A stretch of DNA of 64,000 nt from Squalus acanthias (Eukaryota), in contig CM059449.1 of NCBI GenBank assembly GCA_030390025.1, positions 15,190,001 to 15,254,000 on the forward strand. Reading direction: 5' to 3'. The notes beneath the pieces are model-generated. The model saw only the letters and a program-made list of their open reading frames with translations. It ran no database searches and had not been told where the DNA came from. Positions 40,545-50,583 of the stretch are shown here, piece after piece; the stretch's first letter is position 1; the number at the start of each line of letters is the position of its first letter. The position numbers and the translations under genes are program-made.

Positions 40545-41287
40545 TGGCCCAAAAATTCGTGAGGAAGCCTTCGTGCGAGGGTAAGGCCTCCCCGCGATCT
40601 CTCACTCTGCGTTGGCTTTTTCAGTTCCAGCTCGCACGAACTTGATGTTCTGGACAGCTGCTGTGCTGGGCTTGCCTATCCCACCGGCGTAGTTAATTCG
40701 TGCGAGCTGTGGGATCACGTGACTCAGTTAGAGGCCAATGGAAGCACACCATCTTCCATTCATAACTTTCACATAAGTGCTGTGAAAGTTATGAATACTA
40801 TAGCCCCCCAAAAGAACCGCTAAACCTCAATAAAATTAAAAAAAACATCACATTAATAAAATAAGTATAGTTAAATAAATTAACCATTTTAAATAAAAAA
40901 TTAAATCTTTGAAAAAATTTAAAATCTTTTAAAAAGTTATAAAAATAAACTTACCTGTCTTTAAAGTCTCTAAAAAAGATATACCTGTTAAAAAAAATCA
41001 AAATAATACTTAATTCACTACTTACCTTGTTAAAAGTGGGTCTTACTCCTCCTTTTTTTATGTGTAGAATCTTCCGCACTTACCTGCGCGTTGAAACCAC
41101 TAATTGCACAGCGTGCGCGCAGCCTGTAGCGCGCACGCGGTTCACCTAGGACCCGCCCCCTTTTCCATTCACCAAGTGCCGGTTTTTAGCGCATGCGCAG
41201 TGCATGCAGAAAACCGGCAATTGGAGACAGAATAGGCGAGAGTACGCAGTGCGGACTCTCGCGTAGCGGCACAAATTTTTGGGCCAA
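40545..41287. mobile_element. MITE-like TIR element, copy 2
   Basis: TIR tggcccaaaaatt / aatttttgggcca; empty site visible in the duplicated segment at ~37995. Confidence 0.85.
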
Positions 41288-42206
41288 TGTGTGTTTCTGG
41301 AGAAAGAAGCATTGATCTGTCAATCAGGGACTGGGTATTTGTGGACACAATGATCTCTTGTGTCCCAGAATTTACAAGCTATTATGAAGAATTTAAAATG
41401 CTGATTGATCCATCAATCATTGAGCTACAAACCGGTATTCAGCTGTCATTACATTGGGTCCTTTTCCAGTTTCTCAACGCAACTTTGGGAAATTAAAGTC
41501 CATAATCAGATTCAACAGCTTTTTACATTCAGAACCTTTATGGTGCAAAAATTACAGGCAATTGTCACTTTATAAAGGCGGTTCTGCTGTATTTCCACGC
41601 ACTTGGTTTTCTTTGCAAAACTATTGACATAATATAATCACCACTTCCCAACGCAGTTCTATTTCACCGTCCTACTAGGGGAAGATTTCACTTCTGTCAT
41701 CTTTAATCATTTAAGACGGAAACCTGTCCTTTATAGTCTGTTAATTGTAAGTATGAAAACTTTGGAAATGTGTTGAATATGAATCGTTTGCTAATGGAAT
41801 AAATTGTGTCGAACGCAAAGACGTTGAATTGTCGAGTAGAAGGTATAATGTCAGATAATTCCACGTGTAACACAGTCGGTTAGGAGTCCGTGAGGTAATT
41901 TATTTCCATAAGTACATTTTAGTAGGCCCTATTAATATGTTAATTTTTAATGCAAATTCACAGCATCTGCATGGAGGAGAACGTTAATGTGTATAATATA
42001 TATATGTAAAGTTCCCCGAAAGATAAAATACCGTTGAAATGGTGGATTCAACGCAAAGTAACACAGCGAAATAAAATAATTTATTTTACACACTGTAACT
42101 TCGTTATATATTAGGTCTGCATAAGGAAACAACCTGCCCAACCAAGTAACCGATATTCTTAATAAATATAGAATTAAACTGTGATCATCAGAAGATAGCG
42201 ACTCAC

Positions 42207-42264
42207 CGACATGCAAAAGTATGGTCAGTAAATTGAAGAACATCCACATGTGAATAGTTTGCAT
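42207..42264 (-). CDS. Gene C leader exon (MQTIHMWMFFNLLTILLHV|D)
   Basis: 58 nt, hydrophobic signal peptide, donor G|GTGAGT in phase 1 matching V1. Confidence 0.8.
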
Positions 42265-43091
42265 TTTGATTATTGCTCCGCAGGACACTACGAGCTACCA
42301 TCTGACCCGCAGCGTCCCAAAGTGCTGTTAAGTGTAACAAACGTCCCACACCAGACGCTGAATTAGATGACGAAACCTTCTGGTGGTTTAACACCACACA
42401 GATGAACTCTGCTCACTACGCACGTTTTCCAATTGTAGTCGGATACGTCATATTTTAAGAATATTAAAGATAGAAGCACTACTTTAACATTACACAAGCG
42501 GTACATTGAAACAAAGGAATAACGCCTCGCAGTTCAGTTTCATCCTTCACTAATTTCAGTGCGTGTTTACGAACCCGGGGGATTGAAACTCATCTTGCAC
42601 CTGTTTAAACAATGACAAACATATTAGAATTAAGTCAGAGGGCGCAGAGTTTGTAAATGAGAACTGGCGATAGTACTCGAGTTTGCTTTAAATGGGTAGT
42701 GCCTGGCAATTGTCTGAAACATGAACATGAGTTGGCCTCATGTCACGGAATGATGCTGAGCCCAGTTGTGTAAATCCAACAGCATGCCTTTCACGTTCAG
42801 AGCGCTTTCGACGGGAACTACATGATCAGTACTTTTTGCTACCTATTCTAGCCCAACCTTTTTTTTTAAAAACGTGTACTTTTAAGAGTTATCTGACCCA
42901 AGAAACTGTAATGCTGCAGTAGGACTACCAGAGCCTATACTGGGATAAATCAACACTGTAGTTACAGAAAGGGGAGAGCACCTTGAAAAAGAACAGCAGA
43001 GTCTAAGCTCAACTTCCTTTGGGATCGGAAAACGGGCAGTGGCGGATCGGCAGCCTGTGACAAACCCCACCCGATTTACCTTTTCATATCA

Positions 43092-43689
43092 ATGGAAGTT
43101 ATGATGAACCTTTATAAAACACTAGTTCAGCCACAACTGGAGTATTGTGTCCAATTCTGGGCACTGTACCGAAGGATGGATGTAAAGGCTTTAGAGAGGG
43201 TGCAGAAAAGATTAACGAGAATTGTTCCAGTGATGAGGAACTTCAGTTACGTTGATAGACTGGAGAAGCTGGGGTTGATCTCTTTGGAGCAGAGAAGATT
43301 GAGAGGAGATTTGATAGAGGTGTTCAAAATCATGAGGGGTCCAGACAGTGTAGATAGAGAGAAACTGTTCCCATTGGCAGAAAGGTCGTGAACCAGAGGA
43401 CACAGATTTAAGGTGATTGGCACAAGAACCAAAGGCGACATGAGGAAAAACATTTTTACACAGCGAAGGTTAGGATCTGGAATGCACTGCCTGAAAGGGT
43501 GGTGGAGGCAGATTCAATCGTGGCTTTGAAAAGGGAATTAGATAAGTACCTGAAGGAAAAAAATATGGCTGGGCTACGGGGAAAGGGCGGGGAGTGGGAC
43601 TGGCTGAAGTTCTCTTGCAGAGATAGCCGGCACGGGCTCGATGGGCCGAATGGCCTCCTTCTGTGCTTTAACCATTCTATGATTCTATG
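43092..43689 (+). mobile_element. CR1 LINE 3' fragment
   Basis: LEYCVQFW..RRLRGDLIEVFK; (attctatg)n tail. Confidence 0.88.
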
Positions 43690-44364
43690 AGAAGTTTCTT
43701 CTGCATTCCCTATTTGATATATCATTGGCCTCTAGTTTTGCTTTAAGGCAAAAGGGGCCTCACACTAAAGCAGTGGAAATATTTGCGAGATGATTCTCTG
43801 CAGTTACCCACTCACAGTTCACACCTCACGATCTGTAGCGTTCAGCGATAACCACATTTCCGTCAGTTGTCGATCGCGCCAGAATATATGTCGGACTTCT
43901 TCTGCGAGTTTTCAAAACACTCGCTGAGGTTAACAGGTTGGGCTGGGCAGTGAAGCGCTCGGCGCCGGCACAGCTTCAGTCTTGGCACGTAGCTGACCGC
44001 AGAGCCGAGTCTACGTGTTGAATGATACCAGGGCCACGAACCTCAATAGCTCGCAGGTCGCTGCAGCCCCTGACAAGCTGTCAGATACTCTGTGCAGAAA
44101 GCCCTTACTGTCCTTCTGATTCGCACGTACACAATCTGTACAGACCTTTCTCTCACACACGTGCGCTCATACACGCCCAGTCAGCCCAGCACTGCTGTTG
44201 CAGTTAGAGTTATGTAAACATCTATATGTGTGTACACGCAATGTGACAAATTCTTCAATGAAAGCAACGATCGGGAAAGGAAAACTCAATTAGGTAAACT
44301 GAAAAGGGAACTCTTGACTTTGTGCGTGTGAAGAAAAATTAAGGAACAGGACCCCTTTAGGATT

Positions 44365-44828
44365 CAGCTGTGGCTCAGTGGGAAGCACCCGAGTCTCTGA
44401 AGGTCGTGGGTTCAAGTCCCACTCCAGAGACTTGAGCACAAAAATCTAGGCTGTAACACTCCAGTGGCAGGACTGAGGGAGCGCCGCACTGTCGGATGTG
44501 CCTTCTTTCGGATGAGATGTTAAACCGAGGCCCTGTCTGCTCTCTCAGGTAAAAGATCCCATGACACTTTTTCGAAGAAGAGCAGGGGGAGTTCTCCCCG
44601 TGTCCTGGTCAATATTTATCCCTCAATCAACATCACTAAAAAACAGATTAACTGATCATTATCACTTTGCTGTTTGTGGGAGCTTGCTGTGCACAACTTT
44701 AGCTGCCGCGTTTCCTACATTGCAACAGTGACTACACTCCAAAAGCTATTTAATTGGCTGTAAAGCGCTTTGGAAAATCCTGAGCTGGTGAAAGGCGCTC
44801 TATAAATGCAATTCCTTCTTTTCTTTCT
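44365..44828 (+). mobile_element. Full-length tRNA-derived Deu-type SINE
   Basis: A box gtggctcagtgg, B box gggttcaagtcc, Deu-like core, aaggcgctctataaatgcaa tail. Confidence 0.78.
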
Positions 44829-45059
44829 AAACGAGAAAACGCGGATAATACTACAGTGTGATGGAGTTTTCAATTAATTATTCACAGGAATTTTCATGTA
44901 AACTATACAGTTAATACTCCAAAGTAGTAATGTTGTGTGGTAATTATTGGCAACAATGTAATGGTGGTTTTAATACTGGGACACTGACTAACTCTAAGGG
45001 TGGCCAATTGTCCTTCCTTAGACTGTGACTCTCCAGGGTATGTTTAAGGTCCAGGCGGT

Positions 45060-46090
45060 AGAATCATAGAATTTCACAGCGCATAAGGAGGCCATTCGGC
45101 CCGCCGTGCCTGTGCTGGTTCGTTGAAAGAGCATTCCAATGTAGTCCTATACCCTGGCTATCTCCCCATAACCCTTCAAGTGCATGTCCAATTGCTTTTT
45201 GAATGTTCCTTCTGAATCTGATTCCACCACCCTTTCAGGTAGTGCGATCCAGATCTTAACAACCCTCTGTGTGAAGAAGTGTCTCCTCATTTCGCCTCTA
45301 ATTCTATTGCCAATTATTTTAAATCTATGACCTCTGGTTACCCACCCACTGTTCAGAGGAAACAATTGCTCCCTACTTGCTCTGTCAAATCCCTTCTTAT
45401 TTTGAATTCCTCTATCAGGTTTCCCCTTATCCTGTTCTGCTCGAAGGAGAACAATCCCATCTTCTCCAATCTCTCCGCAAAACCAAAGTCCCTCATCCCC
45501 GGTATCATCCTGGTAAACCTCAACTGCATCCTATCCAGGACCTTGACATCCTTCCTAAAGTGCGGTGCCCAGAATTGTACACAATACACCAGCGGAGGCC
45601 TAACCAGTGATTAGTAAAGGCTTAGCTTGACTTCCTTGTTTTTGTATTCAATGCCCCTATTTACAAAGCCAGGTATCCCACAAGCTTTCTTAACTGCCTT
45701 GTGAACATGCCCTCCCACCTTCAGATATTTGTGAATATTCACACCCAGGCCCTTCTGCATCTCAAAATAATACCATTTAGTTTACAGCGCCTCTCCATGT
45801 TGCTCCTCTCAAAGTGCATCACTTCACACTTAGCCGCATTAAATTGCATCTGAAATGTGCCTGCCCATTTCATCAGGCTATGTCCTCCTGAAATCTGCTG
45901 CTATCCCTTTTACTATTTACTACGTTACCATGTATTGCATCATTCACAAATTGCGAAATGGTGATCCCTATAACCAAGTCCAGATCATTTCTATGTAGCA
46001 AGAAAAGCAATGATCCTAATGCCGATCACTGGAGAACCCCATTGCATACTTCTCACCATTGACAGAAACATCCACAACTCTCTGCCTCCT
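45060..46090 (-). mobile_element. Older CR1 LINE fragment; partial paralog at ~6770-7030
   Basis: YCVQFWAPHFRKDV..RIRGNLIEEFK. Confidence 0.8.
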
Positions 46091-46191
46091 ATCCTGTGCT
46101 CAATTACGTACCCAGGTTACAGGTGAAGCCAAGAATCTACCCCGCGTGTGAGTATCTGCTGCGAACTGTCCTTGAGAGAGAATGCGAGTGT

Positions 46192-46224
<33 letters not shown>

Positions 46225-47446
46225 AGAGCGAGAGAGAGAGACAGAACCATGTGCGAGAGAGATAACTGCGGTTGTATATACAGCTTGCAATTCATTTTTT
46301 TTCCATTCCCTCACATCCGGACTCTGACTCAGGTTCACTCTCCCACTGCATTACTCAAATATTCCTGTCTGTACACGATCTGAATTTCTTTTCTGAAATG
46401 ATATCACCGCCGACAGGGAGAATGAATTGGGCTGCAGTTACCTGGGCATTCGTTATGTTCTCCGGTAAGCTTATTTCTGACACATCAGGTCCATTCAAGC
46501 AGATTTTCAACTTGCCGCCTGAGCGTAAAGCTGGCGTTGCGGTGCGGCCGCCTGTTATTGAAACGGACTGATTTTAATTTCCATTATTTCATACTGACTG
46601 TAATGAGATATTGTATGTCTTAATTAGATATTAAAAACCCATAGCGATGTCCTCCTATCTATTTGTTTTCTTATTCATATGTGTATCTGGTTAAATCTTA
46701 TTCCGATATCCCATATTTGCTGATCACAGCATCAGATTGTGGATTTAACACATTTTATATTCATGACAATCTCACCTTCAATTTAAAAAACATCAGGTTT
46801 GTGCAGACATTCTCATAGACGCGAGATTAACCATCTTAATTTCTCAACGCCGTGGTAATGAATTATGTTCTGGTAATATAATCAATCTCGCAGTTAACCA
46901 GGTCTCGCCTTAGGGTAACGCTTTTGAGGTTGCTTATTTTGAATTGAGGCATTTAAGTGAAGGGCCCATGGCCCATGGCGTAGGACAGCATCAAGGTTGG
47001 AAATAGTGGGAGGGAAGACGAGTTAAATCAAGAAGTGATGGATAGGAATAGGAAAAGAGAGAGAGAGAGAGAGAAATGGGTTCCAATCGTGCGTGTGTGT
47101 GTGAGACAGAAAGAGAGACTGAGGTAGACAGAGAGAGATAGAGAGAGCTAACCATGAGAGACGGATCAGCTCTCGGGTTACGAGGTTTATTGTATCTGGT
47201 CCAGGAGAGCACAATGTATGTTGCTCCCTGAAGTACATATTGCCCTAGTACTCTGCCTGATAGGGTGGTGGATACAGATTCAATAGTAGTCTTCAAATTG
47301 GAATTGGACAAATACTTGAAGGAGAAAAATATTGCAGGGATGGGGGAAAGACTGGGGGAGTGGGACAAACTGGATCGCTCTTCGAAAGAGCTGGCGCAGA
47401 CTCGATGAGCCGAAAGGCCTCCTTCTCTGCTGTACTATTCTATGAT

Positions 47447-48141
47447 GTGGAGATGCCGGTGTTGGACTGGGGTGGACAAATGTGAGAGGTCGCACAACAC
47501 CAGGTTATAGTCCAACAGATTTATTTGAAATCACAAGCTTTCGGAGCGCTGCTCCTTCGTCAGGTGAAGTGAAGAGATGCATATAAGCACAGCATATATA
47601 GTCAGAGAACACTGCCAGATGATTACAGTTAATCTTTCAAACTGCCCTTTATTACATCGTCAAGCAGAAACTGATAGCCAAGTTCCGCACCCATGAAGGC
47701 GGCCTCAACCGGGATCTTGGGTTCATGTCACACTACATGTAACCCCACCCTACGTAGAGTCATCCAGACTCAAGTCGTCGTTGGCTTGTTCTCTTTACAC
47801 AGATGCGGCCGGACCTGCTGTGATTTCCAGCAAAAAAAGTTTTTTGTTTTCCATACAGACCCCAGCATCTGCCACCTTTGACCCCTTGTGAACCTACCTC
47901 ATTGTCTTTGATGTAATGTTTTCCTGACTGACCTGTTTGGACACGATCCACAACTTTTATTGCCGTGATTATCTCTCTGCCGAGGTGTGATAAAGGGCAG
48001 TTAGAAAGATTAACTGTAATCATCTGGCAATGTTTACTGACTATATATGCTGCGCCTATATGCATCACTTCACTTCACCTGACGAAGGAGCAGTGCTCCG
48101 AAAGCTTGTGATTTCAAATAAAGCTGTTGGACTATAACCTG
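47447..48141. mobile_element. Penelope fold-back insertion in copy D intron 1
   Basis: Inverted pLTR arms; flanking duplication gtactattctatgat (47432-47446, 48142-48156); empty site in gene A at ~5425. Confidence 0.87.
48078..48112 (+). ncRNA. Minimal hammerhead ribozyme motif in Penelope pLTR (others: ~3466-3500 -, 19620-19653 -, 21407-21440 +, 47533-47565 -, 62777-62808 +)
   Basis: CTGACGA-aggagc agt gctcc-GAAA core with a stem II hairpin; Penelope-like elements are known to carry minimal HHRs. Confidence 0.7.
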
Positions 48142-49308
48142 GTACTATTCTATGATTCTATTATATTACATCTAACAAAAAATTCAATATTCTCCATCCA
48201 CAGCAGTCCTTGGAGTGAATATTTGCAGTGCTGGCTGTGTTGAAATAAACACCCGTTTCCAGGGGGCATGACTTTTTTTTTGTTCAATTCATATTATTTC
48301 TAGTAATTTAACTGGATACAATCTTTCTCTAGTTACCAGCATAGGGCAAGAGTTGCGATGCTTGCTGCGCGTAACCAGGTCGCAAATGCATTGATTATTT
48401 TCTCTGATCCGTTGTTGTAGCAAAATCATAAACAATTTTTAAAGTGTTATTGGTGGTTTTACAAGATATACCCAAAGTGGGAAATCTTTCATCCAATTAG
48501 CAATGGCGCTACATGTAACAAGCTGAGGACATTTAGCCCGTTTCATTATTTTGACTATTAAAATTCTGTTTGAATTTTACATATTCTCCCGTCGCCACTG
48601 ATTAACAGTGCGAAGGTCGCTGTGGTTTACTACCTATCTGACTTCCAATCTGATCAAATTAAGAAGATTAAACTTCTCCTCACTTGCTGGGGGTGATTTT
48701 GAATTTTTCCGACCGACTGAAACGGGCGACATCGGATCAGCCGCCTGTTTAACACCTGCCCCGATTTTAATATCAGGCAGCCGACCCGACCTCGCCCATT
48801 CAGCACCCAAAGTTAAAATGATCCCCAAATGGAAGCGATCATCGGGCAAGGCGTTTAATTCGTGATTGCCCATTTCACACTCTCGCTCAAAGTGTCAATG
48901 AGAGCGGCGGGCAGCACAGAAAGCATATCGGGAGAACTGAAATTAAAGTGAATGCTTATTATTTGGAACGGGACAGAGGTACTTTGTACCAGATCCATTC
49001 TATACTTGACCTAGGAGTACACCTAAAAAACCAAAGGCGCTCCAGTTCCAGCACCAATATCCCTCTAGTTAACCATTTAAACCTCTTCTAGACCCATCTT
49101 TTGTTTTCTTTACTTGTCCCATTACCATCTCCTTTTTACTTGTATCACCATCCTTTTGTCATTCGATCTCTCCTGCCATCCACTCTATCACAGACCTTCC
49201 CTTTTGTTCTTTTCTCCCTTCCCCCGTTTCCCTGCCACGACACTTGCTTAAGACCTGGTACATCTGCAAACTTTTCCAGTTCTGACGAAAGGTCATGGAC
49301 CTGAAATG

Positions 49309-50583
49309 TGTAGGCTTCGCAAATCACCCAGAAACTCGAACAGAACCCTAAGTGAAGTGATTTGAGGTAAAAAGCTCAGTTTTGGACATTTTAAAAGATC
49401 AGGGAAGAAAACCCCCTGAGGAAAATGACTTTTTGAATCTTACTGTTAGGAAAGACACCTTTCACAGACACAGACAGGCTGCAAAGGGGCGTGGCCAGGC
49501 AGTGGACAGCTTTGGGTATTGGGGCCCAATCAAACTGTCTGGGAATGTGTTTACACTGCATTCCTACCAAGGAGGAAGAGACAAACCCAAAGCCTCACAC
49601 ACACATCGAAATATCAATAAATCCAAGACCTCTTTTGAAATTCCCAGTCCAAACAGGATACCAGAAGCCTGAAATCAATAAAACATTTAGTACCCCGATT
49701 TACTTCATCAAAAAACAATAAACCAGGTATCCACAGGACAGATTTACAAGCCCGCCAAAAACCTAGGACAATAGGGACAAGATTTGGTGCGTAGATAAAG
49801 GCCTTGCCTGAATGGGGAACAATCGGAAGCCATCGGGACATGTTTAACACCAAGTTAAAGCCATCGAAACTGACAAGCCCGCCAAAACTAAGACAATGGA
49901 ATAAACAGGGCTCATTTGAAATCTAAAGGAATCCGATTTAGTAAGGGGTTTTGGCGCGAAAAGGACAAAGAGGCTGACAATATAATTGGAGGCCTAAACC
50001 CCAAGACTCTCTCTCTCTGGACTCTCTGACAATGCTCTCAACGCTCGCACAGCTCTCTCTCAGCTATGCTCCAGCAAGACACCACAAGCCACGAGGAGGA
50101 GGAGGAAAGAAAGCCAACAACTTCACAAACAGACCAACACACAAGAAGAAACCAGAGCGACTGCCTCAGTGACCATCGGACACCACGTGGCAACAAGGGC
50201 CTTACGAAACATTTTACCCAAAAGACTCTAAACCCTACTCTCAACTGTCAAGGATTCATTTGGTGAGCATTATCCTGAACTCCTGAAACCAAAACCTAGC
50301 TAGATAGTGGGATTTTTGGGAGGGATAAGGTTTTTTTTGTATATTGTATTTCACCCTCGCCTGCACCGTGTGTTTCCCAATCTGTGTTTAAGTATTAAGT
50401 GTGTTTTAAGTGTGTATCATTTTTATGTTAATAAAGTCAAAATTCTTTCATCAGGGCCTGTTGTCTACTGCATCTTTGTTCACAACCCCTAAATAAATCA
50501 AGTCTAGGAACCAGGGGCGTGAGAGCGATTCGAACCACTCACTGAGTAAGAGGTGAAGGTTGACCCCACTAACACCCCCTAAA
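49309..50583 (+). mobile_element. Solo LTR (~1275 bp)
   Basis: TGTAGG...CCTAaA ends; 4-bp TSD aatg/aacg against the empty site cctgAACGttgac in paralogs; TATAA ~49981, AATAAA ~50430 and ~50492. A related LTR end lies at 53042-53205. Confidence 0.8.

Noticed and set aside
44365-44425. tRNA gene
   Set aside because: The A/B boxes belong to a SINE head; no complete cloverleaf.
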